A stretch of DNA of 51,575 bases, counting the filler, from Jimgerdemannia flammicorona (taxonomy: Eukaryota): NCBI GenBank assembly GCA_003990765.1. It is 2 parts of 2 records of this genome, joined end to end, with 100 filler letters (N's around TTAATTAATTAA, not from the genome) between each part and the next. Parts side by side here need not be neighbours in the genome. Positions count along the whole stretch, not along the records: positions 25,850 to 51,575 come from RBNJ01000799.1; 1 more part is not named here. The stretch is one strand, 5' to 3'. Both the position numbers and the translations under genes were made by a program. The notes below the pieces were generated by a model. That model did not search any database. It was not told the origin of the DNA and saw nothing but the letters and a program-made list of their open reading frames with translations. Positions 37,104 through 47,835 of this stretch are shown one piece after another. The first letter of the stretch is position 1; each line of letters opens with the position of its first letter.

Positions 37104-38617
37104 ATGGTTGAGCAATCCGAAAGTGGTCTTAGTCTCAGGGACGACATTGCCTCCATCTGGAAAGACCCAACTTACCACGATGTAACAATCGTCTGTGCTG
37201 ATGGTGCCGAACTAAGCGCATGCCGTGCTGTACTGGCTTCAAGGTTTGTCAGATTCCCGGTCTAATTGTGTCAGTTGTTTTTCATGACACTTTAATCACA
37301 AATTATTTCATATGGTCTCTTAAAAGATGCCCATTCTTCAAGGCGATGTTGTACGGGAACATGCGAGAAGGTTTCTCTCATCGCGTCGCCCTCACCGACA
37401 TCACCTCTGTGGTGCTGGACATCGTCCTCGGCTATATACATACCGAAACCATCGACAACACTGTCGACATTTCCGTCGCGGTAGGGATATACCGCGCAGC
37501 AAGCTTTCTCCTCCTCCCCAAGCTCATGAAGATGGTGCTGGAACGCGCACATGACCTCGCCGATTTTGGTGTCGCCTCGTTACTTCTCAACGAAGCAGCC
37601 GCCACCATCCCCTGGAGTGAAACCAACAAAGACCTGTACGACGTGCTCCTCGACCCATTCCGCGCTTATAAGCTCGCCATCGGCGAGCTGACAGAGCTCT
37701 CCGAAGAAGCCCTTGAGCTGCTCCTCACCGAGGCAGCGACTCTTGCCACGCCTGAGCATGACCTGCTGCTGTGCGTTGTCGACTGGGTCTGGGCGCGAAA
37801 CGAGAATGCGCCATCAGCTTCAGAGCGCCGGGTTATTCTGCATGACATCAACGAAATGGTTGCAAGGTGCAATGGCATGGTTCAGCTGGGAGAAGGCGCT
37901 CCACGCACCTTGCTGCTTAAAATGATGAGCCACTTTGATCTCACGCTCATCTGCCCACATCGACTCAAGAGCCTCGCAGAGGTAGTTGACTTCTTTATGG
38001 AGACCTCTCCACACTACATGGCATTTTGTCATCATGCCTGCAAGAACACCATATGCCCTATAGGGCATCCGTCTGAATGTCGTGGAAAGACGCGTCACAA
38101 AACCAAACCCCGGTGGGATCGATCGAAAGTGGGTACTCAAGTGATCATTCGGGAAGATGGCCAGGTTGTGGAACTTCCATCAGGGGCTTCGAAACAGACA
38201 ACGCAGACAGCACGGCTTTCCGTCCCCTGGACAAAGGTTCACAGTGATCTATGCGAATGGGACATTGTCGTTGAATCCATTGGCTCGTATGACAACCGCG
38301 GCGTCTGTACGATTGGGCTCGTTGGAGAGGAATTTGCACATTTTGACGGTTCCATGGTAGGCCGGCCGTCTGCTTGGGCTTTCCAAACCTTTACTGGCCA
38401 ACGTATAATTGATGAAGCAAAATGTCTCAACTACAATTATGGTAAACGTATTGAAAATGGCGATGTCATAACCTTGCATTTGAATTTAAATGATCATACC
38501 TGTGCCCTTTCGATCAACGGCTTCAATTACGGGACGGCCTGGAGCAATCTCCCTGATAAGGTGTATCCTGCCGTGACCTTATTTCAACAATGCAAGTATC
38601 GGATAAAGAATTGTTGA
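37104..38617 (+). CDS. BTB/POZ-(BACK-like)-SPRY/B30.2-like protein, 476 aa; exons 37104-37243 and 37327-38617
   Basis: Exon 1 YHDVTIVCADGAELSACRAVLASR joined across an 83-nt GT..AG intron to CPFFKAMLYGNMRE (BTB); EHDLLLCVVDW (BACK-like); CTIGL...GDVITLHLN...NGFNYGTAWSNLPDKVYPAV (SPRY-like). Confidence 0.9.
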
Positions 38618-40441
38618 GGTTAAATTATGCATGAATGGACCATCTACTCTAAGCTTATATGAATGTTGTTTTTATACCAAAACCTGACCCAAAATTTTAT
38701 GCGCTATATTAATTTATCTCTTAACTGTAATATGGCATGTCTTTTTATATCTTATTTAAGCAGTTCTGTTAAAAAAAATGGTGATCAATGTTAATACAAT
38801 AACTTTCCCTGTTTCATTGTTGATTGTAGAAGTCTAACAGTTGAGCTCTGAGATTCAAAATCAAAGCCAACTTAAAATAATTTTGCATTAAAATTTATGA
38901 TAATAATTATACATAATAGAATTTGGATGGAAAGAGTTGGACGAACAACGACATTGTTAATTTCAAAGGCCACTGCGCCTTATAGTCATTTGCGATAATG
39001 TCACGTAGCTGGTTCAACATATAATTAAACATTATCTTTTTTTCATAGCTCACAAGCTCCTTACAATATAGACTGTTATTTAATTGGGAGATAAGATTGG
39101 TTCCTAATTGAGCGTACTTATTTCGTAATTGAACGAGGAGGTCTTGTTAGATATAACCTCAATGTTTTCCCCAATCTCGGTTCTAGCCTTCGGCTGGAAG
39201 GCTCTGAACTATAGAGGCGACCACAAAGCGAGTTCGAAACCCGGCCTTGTAAGCTCACTAGGAACGGCCTAACAATTTGACCATAACGCGTCATAGTGAT
39301 CGTTTGTCAATGCCCGACGAGTCGGCCTACCTTTTTTTGTGTTGGTAATCACAATACTTGGTCAAAATGTCATTTTTTATTTTTTTTATTTTATTTTTCC
39401 TTCCGCTCATCGAAGGTTCTTTCTTGTTTCTGCCGACAACAGAAAAGCATGGTTTACAAGTCTCCTCTCTCATCGAATCATTTCAAACTCTTCTTCCGAA
39501 GCCGAGCGCATTAAGCCACACACACTGCGGCTCAGAAAATACCCCTTTGCCCGTGCCGCCTTTTCAATTTTCCCAATGACCTCCTCACATCCTCCTCCCT
39601 TCAAAATATCATAGAGGTGGCGTAAGGCTTTCGAAACAGCTGCGGGGCGAACACGTACAGTGCGAGCTCCGGGCGGTACCTCCGGTGGTGGTTGAGTTTG
39701 GGCTGAGGTTTGTTGTTGTCGGGGGAAGGCCTCAAAGGCTAGGCTGAAATGATTGGTAAGGAGGAGGCAAGAGTTTAGTCTCAGCTAGCTGCGGTTGGTT
39801 GACATCGACAGTTTATATCATTCTTTAATTAATGTAGCGATCTTTTGTCGTTGCTTAGGGTAATATTGAGACATGTCCAAGGTGACTAAAACTGAAGGGG
39901 AAGGGTGAAGGGTCGGCTGTAATATCTGGCGATCTGACTTTCGGGCGCTGTTTGTTATCTTTGACCAATTTAGCGTTATTAATGGGTATGTTGTGAGGAA
40001 AACGCACTCGGTTCGACCGCTGCTCCCATTGACCAGTAGAATACTCCCCGTTGTCACCCTCAGTACGTCACGCAACGTGATTCATCCCAGAGTACGTATC
40101 GTTCTTGGGAGTAAAGAAAATGTAAGACAACACGACACAACCCCTCGCCTGCTATATGGGACTATTTTACATCAACCTGCGCTGGGCCCGAAGCGTAGCA
40201 TAACAATGCGATGCCACAATTTAATACATTTTCTATGTGCTGAATCGACAATGCAGGCATCGTGACATTTACACATACAAAGTGCATCGAATGATTTTCA
40301 AATATCTATGCCTATGTGTCGCGCTGCTTACCACGGAAATGGGTACATTTGTCAGCAATAATCTTGTCAACGCTGCAAGGGGAATCTTTCTACAGCCGAA
40401 ATCACACCTCAATCATACTAAACATAGCCTTTATTTCTCTC

Positions 40442-41767
40442 ATGGATGAACAATGCGAGAGTGGTCTTGGTCTCAGGGACGACATCGCCTCCATCTGGAA
40501 GGACCCAAAATACCGATGTGACCATCGTCTGCGCTGACGGTGTCGAGCTAGGTGCATGCCGTGCCATACTTGCCTCAACGTTTGTCAGATTTCCAGCCTA
40601 GTTGTGTAGTCATTTTCCATGACACCTTTCTCACACCTGATTTTATGTGGTCTCCTAAAAGATGCCCAGTCTTCAAGACGATGCTATACGGAAACATGCG
40701 AGAGGGTTCCTCTCATCGCGTCGTCCTCAAACGACATCACCTCCGTGATGCTCAACATCGTCCTAGGTTTTATTCACACCGAAACTATTGACAAAACTGT
40801 TAACGTTTCCGCCGCGGTAGGGATATACCGCGCAGCAAGCTTTCTCCTCCTCCCTAAACTTATGAAAATGATGCTGGAACGCGCACATAACCTCGCCGAT
40901 TTTGGTGTTGCCTCGTCACTTCTCAACGAAGCAGCCGCCGCCATCCCGTGGAGCGAGACCAACAAAGACCTCTACGACGTGCTCCTCAATCCATTCCGTG
41001 CTCACAAGCTTGCCATTGGCGAGCTGACCGACCTTTCCGAAGAGGCCCTCGCACCTTGCTGCTCAAAATGATGAGCCATTTGGATCTCACACTCATCTGC
41101 CAGCATTGACTCAAGAGCCTCGCAGAAGCGGTCGACATATTTGCGGAGACCTCTCTACACTATATGGCATTTTGCCATCACACCTGCAAGAACAACATAT
41201 GCTCTACGGGTCATCTGGCCGAATGTCGTGAAAAGGCGCGTCACAATACCAGTCTTCAGTGGGATCGATCGAAAGTCGGTTCTCAAGTGGTTATTTCGGA
41301 AGATGGTCAGGGTGTCGAGCTTCTATTTGAGGATTCGAACCTTTCGCAGATAGCACGGCTTTCCCTCCCCAGGTCAAAGGTTCACAGTGATATATGTGAA
41401 TGCATTGGACCGTATGGAGACCGCGGCGTTTGTACAATTGGCTTCGTGGAGAGGAATTCACAGATTTTGATAATTGCATAGAAGGTCAGCAATACAGTTG
41501 GGCTTCACCTACAGATATTTATATGATGTAAAACACCTGCTCAATAACAATTATGGCAAATTTATTGAAAATGGCGTGGTCATAACATTGCATTTGAACC
41601 TAAATGATCATACTTGTGCTCTTTCGATCAATGGATTCAATTACGGGACGGCCTGGAATAATCTCCCTAACAAGGTGTACCCTGCTGTGATTTTTTATGA
41701 ACAAGTATCGGATAAAAGATCGCCGAGGCGGAATAATGCAAGGATACTTCATCTACTCTTAACTTAG
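40442..41767 (+). pseudogene. Pseudogenised tandem paralog of the BTB-SPRY gene
   Basis: Collinear with 37104-38617 but with frameshifts (~40513, ~40730), loss of the 190 nt equivalent to 37714-37903, and an in-frame TGA near 41107. Confidence 0.9.
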
Positions 41768-43351
41768 CAATATGGATACTGTGATCGCTCTATACCGAAT
41801 TCTAGTGAGTTGTGTGTTGTAGTTGTAGCCATTTATTTTTTTCGTTCGCATCTTAGCTGTAAGCTGTTATTGCCTCCATATTCACCTTAAGTAGTGCTAT
41901 TTACAAAATGGCGCTCGAATGTTATCACATGTTTCATCTTTGAATGTGGAAGAGCTCTGCATTCGATCCAGAATCAGAACTCGCATCATTTGTGACAGAC
42001 CTCAAGCTGACATGAAATAGTTTTTGTATTAAAATTTATTATAATGATATACATATGATAGAATTTGGAGACCCAGACATTGAAAGAGTTGGACGAGCAA
42101 GTGCGCCAAAATGAATAGTTTCAAAATCCACTGCGTCTTAACAATGCCACGGACATCACGTTTTCCGCTTGTAGTTGGTTCAACGTCTATTTAAACCCGA
42201 TCTTTTTCATAATGCAAGAGTCTCTTGCAATATAGACTGTTGGAAGTGCCGCTGCCAAATGTAATACGTATAAGTGCGTTCAAATCAAAACCAACCTTAT
42301 TTTATTGGGAGATAAGGTCAGTTTTCATTTGAACGCACTTATTTCACAACCCAACGAGGAAGTGCTGTTATAAAATTAATAGGCGTGACAAGGGTGTTCG
42401 GTTCTAGTCTTCGGCTTGAAGGCTCCGAACTGTGAAGGCGACCACAAAGCGAGTTCGAACCTCGGCCTAGGGAATGGCGTAAAAATTTGGCCACTAGAAC
42501 TCTCGTTTTCTGATTCGGCGTGGCTCCCGAATATATAACTATTGTCAAATCAGGGGAACTGACACTCGGCAAGGAATTCCAAATCAGCCTACTTTCTATT
42601 TTTCTCTATATATCCTCTCCCATTTTAACAGGCAAATAAGCTTCCGATAAATCGACGCGGTTCAGTTGTGTTTTCTAGTTTGATATTATGCTTTCTGGAA
42701 ACGTTTTGACATTTCTTCACGCCAATAACTGATGCACCATTATGTCATGCGCGGACACGCCGACAAAAGCGTTCGTTCAATCGTTGTTAATTTAAATTTG
42801 GAATTGAGGGGGGTTTTTTGAGATACCAATCAAGGCTTTTCCTTTTTTTTTTTTTTTTTTTTTTTTTTCGAATCTATAAACGAGAGTATATCAAAATCGA
42901 GATAGGTATATTTTTCTATTGCTGGTCTATCCACGGTGAGAACGCAATTTCCGCTATTCATGCTGACAACAGTTCTGTCATAAATCGTCAATCGTTTCAA
43001 TTCCCTTCCAATAATTTGTGAAGAAAGCTACAAGAGCAAATGCGTTACATGAGATACTCCTTGGGATGTAAACATGCAATGCAGCCCATCTGATTTCTTT
43101 GCGAACGTTATCATTTGCCTAACTCTCATCGTAGTTAGGGTCCTCAGAACCACCGTACCACCTCGGATCGCACACGTTAGACGCACCATAACAAGAGAGC
43201 AAATGTGTAGTGCATGAAAGCCAAGGTGCAGCAATGAATACCCCGGAAACAGACCCACGCACAATTTTTGTAGTAGAATAAATTGATATGGATGAAGAGC
43301 CCTAAACCTGCAGGATGACGGTGAACAAGAAAATTTGATGCGATAGTTAGC

Positions 43352-45148
43352 TTAAAGGATCGAGTCATCGATGTAACTTTTATAATAAACGGTATGAGGC
43401 GGATCTTCGAACAATGATTCTTCATGATTCTGATCCAAGCCGATGGTTTGGCAAAAGAGCGATGCGGTCCACCCATTACACTCATCTATGTCGTCAAGAT
43501 GAACCAAATGGTATAGAATTCTGTTGGCGATGTGGGGCTGAAGGACAGTGTTTTCGATTGACAAATGACTTGTGCGAATTTCTTGCAGTTTCCTAGTTTT
43601 CACTATCCTCGTTATTGGCGAAGGGAGAGGGAGGGTGAGCAACTTGAGCCAAGGAAGCGACTCGAATTGTTCGAAGTGTGGATTATCTCCGTAGTGTTTA
43701 CAAGCTCTGTATTCCGGATTAGCTGGGACAATATATCCCTGACCGTCAGGATGGCGTTGTTGATCCGGCTCGCTGTCCCAAGGGAAAATCCGACCGAACC
43801 GGTTCCGGCTGTAATATAGGTCTACTATATGGCTTTGAGCCCGGCGGCGGAGACGAAATTCGGCTTCATTTCCACCACAGTAATATTGTTGTAGAGTTGT
43901 GGCAAGGGTGACGGTGGCAATTTGAGTGTTCTTCAAATTAGGGCAGCTCCGGGCAGTTTTGCTTCCGTTTTTCAACACAAAATTGGCTCTACTGTGTAAT
44001 TCTTTTATTTTGGCAATGAAAGAATTAGAATATTTCCTTTCGAGATACTCGAAAGGGGGGTGTTTCTCGGCTGCCGCGGTGTGATATTGAGTACTGTCGA
44101 GTAAGAACACCCCGCCGGTGTTACCCGGAAGCGTGCCGTGGCCAAGTCTCTCACTTCCATCGAAATATTCGAACGGTTTTTTATCTGAGTGGTATCGGGC
44201 GCGGTATGTCTGTTTGTTGGGCAGGCCAAACCTCCACTCGAGATCTGCACCGGTCAATCGGATTGGAACCTTGGAGATTCTGGATGTAGATCCCTCGGAA
44301 AGCTTGTCCTGAGTGGAAAGGGCCAGATTTGACCAGTTCGGCTGCCTGGAGGCACTCATGCGTGATCTCTCCTTTATGGAGAAGGGACATCGGTTTGATA
44401 TGTAGCTGTTTCTGATGATTGGCTTGCCAACATCGGATTCTTCAATTTTCGGTTTAACAACTTCAGCCAATCCGTGGGAGGAACTTTTTTGAATGCGTTC
44501 GTGCCATTTTTGGAAGGGTTTTGAGTCAGTGACATCCTGTGTCGCATGCCTTTGTACAATCATCTGTACGGTAAGAAGAAAATCCTTTGCTGCCGTAATA
44601 ATCGCCTTGGCTACTGTTATGGTTATTGGGAAGGTCGGTGTTGAGTTGTGTGTTTCGTTATTCTGCAATTGTCCGATTTGGGAACATCTGGTTGGGTCGA
44701 TGAAAAGAGATGTACCGGTCCGTTGCACTGGGTATTCGCCGGCCCAGGCAGCCCATTCCAACGACCTAGGGGTGGTTACTTTATAGTTCGCGTTGGGACC
44801 AGCATTTTTGGAGTAGTTAGGGTCTAGGAGATTCTCGTCGCCCTCGTCGCTTGGTTTGCCATATTCTCCGGTGACTGCCTTGAAGAGGAGGAATACGCGT
44901 TTGTGTGAGCTTAGGACGGTGTTCCTGACTCCTCCAACGCTGATTTCGGTGTTTATGCCACGAACCTGTCGCATATTCTCTGCGACCTCTGATATCCCGG
45001 TGGCAAGGGAATTTTCGGTCTTCACCATTGTAAGAGTTTCGGCGATTTCTGATGTCCTGGTGCCAAGGGTATTTTCGGTCTCCACCATTGTGTGTGTTTC
45101 TGCGACTTCTGATATCCTGGTGCCAAGGTTGTTTTCGGTCTTCACCAT
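43352..45148 (-). CDS. Hypothetical 598-aa protein with three N-terminal 20-aa repeats
   Basis: Uninterrupted 1797-nt ORF, ACAATGG start context, TATAAG ~90 nt upstream; no domain recognised. Confidence 0.75.
   Translation of the reverse strand: MVKTENNLGTRISEVAETHTMVETENTLGTRTSEIAETLTMVKTENSLATGISEVAENMRQVRGINTEISVGGVRNTVLSSHKRVFLLFKAVTGEYGKPSDEGDENLLDPNYSKNAGPNANYKVTTPRSLEWAAWAGEYPVQRTGTSLFIDPTRCSQIGQLQNNETHNSTPTFPITITVAKAIITAAKDFLLTVQMIVQRHATQDVTDSKPFQKWHERIQKSSSHGLAEVVKPKIEESDVGKPIIRNSYISNRCPFSIKERSRMSASRQPNWSNLALSTQDKLSEGSTSRISKVPIRLTGADLEWRFGLPNKQTYRARYHSDKKPFEYFDGSERLGHGTLPGNTGGVFLLDSTQYHTAAAEKHPPFEYLERKYSNSFIAKIKELHSRANFVLKNGSKTARSCPNLKNTQIATVTLATTLQQYYCGGNEAEFRLRRRAQSHIVDLYYSRNRFGRIFPWDSEPDQQRHPDGQGYIVPANPEYRACKHYGDNPHFEQFESLPWLKLLTLPLPSPITRIVKTRKLQEIRTSHLSIENTVLQPHIANRILYHLVHLDDIDECNGWTASLFCQTIGLDQNHEESLFEDPPHTVYYKSYIDDSIL
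44969..45148 (-). repeat. Three tandem 60-bp coding repeats
   Basis: MVKTENNLGTRISEVAETHT / MVETENTLGTRTSEIAETLT / MVKTENSLATGISEVAENMR. Confidence 0.93.
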
Positions 45149-45927
45149 TGTGTGAGATGAGATTTGGTGTTGGCGTTTGGCTGACTAAGCTCCTTCACGT
45201 AGAGAAAAGAGACTGACGAATCGGTTGAATTTCGCTCTTATATGCATTTCCTGAAAATCAAAAATGGATTTGCTGTTTGAAATATTGGACCCACCCCACA
45301 TGCATTAAAGAAAAAGGAGAAACAGCTGACAAGCGCCGAGTGCAAGTTCAAAAAACATATGGTGTCTCCGATGAGCAAACGTTGATTGTGGCTGGAATCA
45401 CTCTCATGACACGATGATATACCGCGATAGAATTTCGTAATTCAATCATACCTTCTGCGCATCAAGGAGTGGTTGGAAGCGCTGACAACCAACATTTTTC
45501 GGATGGGATAGCCTCACGTGACTCGGTACAGATCAAAATCCTCGATGCCCATGAACAATGATGCACGCATGCACTGAACTCGATGAGCAAAGATGTATAT
45601 TGAACCATTACATTAGAAAATTATAGTATGTTTTCTGTGGTTCCAATGTAATCTGACAACTGCGACTTAAGTTTCAAAGGGAATCCGCAATGTAGTCACC
45701 GTCGTCATAACTCGGGTCCATGCCAGATTGGCGTATGTCATAACAGGTGTATATGATAGCGGCAATTGTATTTTCGTATGCGTCATGCATCTCACAAGTG
45801 AGTGATGCATCTTTTTAGGCTACGTCTCAGATCTACGTCACTCGTAGTTCTCAACTCTCAATTTAGTCTGTCTTTAATGCCGCTCTCTCATACTATCCCC
45901 AACAGTAGAATATAACACACACAACCA

Positions 45928-46878
45928 ATGAACACACTTTTCAAACCCTGTGCCACCATCTTTCCCATGGAGCTCGTGTTCGTCGTCTTGGAGATCGCCC
46001 TCCACACCAAGGGCCCTATCATACCCCTGCTGCTCATCTGTAAAGCATGCTACCAGTTCCTCATTCCGCGCTTCTACTGCGAGATTCATCTTAACTCGCA
46101 GCAACTACTCCGCTTCGCGCGCATAGAGGACTATAGCACCCTCTCCGCTCATCTCCGCCACCTCACCTTTAACGGCTACAACTCGTTGGCCAAGCTCTCC
46201 GGGATCCTTTCGAACGCCCACAATCTCTCCTCTCTCACCCTTAACATCACCAAAACCTCCGACGACCCCCGGGACTTCATTATTTTACTCATCGCAGAGT
46301 CGATCCCTTCAAATCTGAAATCGTTACGTATCGCCGGCCCGGCCTTCATGCACTTACCCACCACTACCACCAGCCCCAATTTCCCAAACCTGCGCCTCGT
46401 CGAGTTCGACAGATTTCCTTGCGACCGGTCTGGAATCGGGAATATGTGTATTGCTCGCCTGGCCAACAAGCTCGCTGGCCAGAACCCGCCGCTGCAGGCA
46501 CTCCTTATCAAGAATAACAAATATTTCAAGCCGGAACTGCTCAAGGCCGTCATCAGCGATATCGGCGCTGAGCTACTATACCTCAACCTCGAGGGTAGTC
46601 AGCTCAACGGAACGACACTGCGCGCCATTGCTAACCAGCTGCCCAAGCTGCGCGCCCTTGCTGTTGGGAGGTGCGATGATATCACCACAGAGGACCTTGA
46701 TCGCTTCGTCGAGAGGAACGCCGAGGTCAATGCCAACGTGAACGGAAGAGTTGGGTTGGACATTTACGTGGGCCGGTGTCCAAAAATTTGCATTGGAGAT
46801 CTACGCATGAAATGTAGGATCCGTCATGGCACTTCCTTTGAGATACAGGAGGTGAAAAATGAGTTAAACCTCGTATAA
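45928..46878 (+). CDS. F-box-like / leucine-rich-repeat (RNI-like) protein, 316 aa, intronless
   Basis: FPMELVFVVL...LLLICKACYQFLIPRFY (F-box-like); LxxLxL repeats (LRHLTF, LSSLTL, LKSLRI, LLYLNL, LPKLRALAVGRCDDIT). Confidence 0.8.
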   Translation: MNTLFKPCATIFPMELVFVVLEIALHTKGPIIPLLLICKACYQFLIPRFYCEIHLNSQQLLRFARIEDYSTLSAHLRHLTFNGYNSLAKLSGILSNAHNLSSLTLNITKTSDDPRDFIILLIAESIPSNLKSLRIAGPAFMHLPTTTTSPNFPNLRLVEFDRFPCDRSGIGNMCIARLANKLAGQNPPLQALLIKNNKYFKPELLKAVISDIGAELLYLNLEGSQLNGTTLRAIANQLPKLRALAVGRCDDITTEDLDRFVERNAEVNANVNGRVGLDIYVGRCPKICIGDLRMKCRIRHGTSFEIQEVKNELNLV

Positions 46879-47328
46879 AGAGAAGCAGTCTTTGATTCCC
46901 GCGAGCGTACTCATTCGGCGGGAGAACGTTTTCAGACGACGGAATCAAGGAAATAAAAGCGGCGAGGAAGGACATAGCTCGATATGTCTTGTTCCTCTTG
47001 CGTCTCGGTTTGTCAAAAAACAAAATCAACCTAATTTCGGATTTGGAAGCATAGTTTCCTCGTTTCAGTGGAACCTGGCAATGTCCGTATACATGTATTG
47101 ATTGTTGACGTATCGGTTTATGGACGTGTATTCAACTCATTCGAGGTACTGAGGTAGTTATAAATGATAAGGGGTAGGGTTTCACTTGGTGGGCTGTTTA
47201 TTGGCCGGTAAAGTAATAAGTTGAACTCATTGTGCATGAGGAAGTAGGTGCCTTATATCATTATTTGACATGATCTTGATTCCGAATCCATCTTTGGAAA
47301 AGTCAGCTTTATTTTATTTTATTTTATT

Positions 47329-47362
<34 letters not shown>

Positions 47363-47835
47363 TGGTTACAAGAATTTTAGTGAGTCAATCTGTTGATCGC
47401 GTTATTCTCATGATTCACTCGTTCGTAAATATCGAATGTTCAAAAATAGGTAGGTTTCCAGCTTAAAGGCAAGAGTTATTTCAAATATCAAAATGCATGG
47501 TGCAGGTAATTACATAGATTGCGATTGGTGGATTGTATTATCACATGACCAACACATCTCGTTATTATAATGGAACGTCTCAATGTGTGAGCGAGATTTA
47601 AATGGTTGGATAAATTGTGATAATGTTATTTTGACATGTTTACACGACATTGTGCAAATGATAACATATGACGCTTATTCGCCTGACAAAGATATGACCT
47701 TGGCGCAAACATTCCAAGGTTCAGATATCTCGAAAATAATAAAGGTAGGGAAGGAAGAATGGTGAAAAGAACTGCAAGCGTTTACGTTCCATTGTTTAAT
47801 TCTCTTCGATTTCTCTGCAGCATGTGCATACAAGT

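Larger units (their letters stand above)
37040..42468 (+). repeat. Tandem segmental duplication: ~37040-39248 vs ~40380-42468
   Basis: Similarity extends from the 5' UTR (ccgaaatcacacctcaa) through ~600-700 bp of 3' flank to gcgagttcgaa..cggcct. Confidence 0.88.

Noticed and set aside
37220..37326. ORF-track start MPCCTGF... for the BTB-SPRY protein
   Set aside because: It reads through an intron; the real BTB N-terminus is in exon 37104-37243.
42840..47362. Long poly(T)/poly(A) runs at ~42844-42868 and ~47336-47362
   Set aside because: No flanking target-site duplication found, unlike 27418-27485; treated as ordinary homopolymers.
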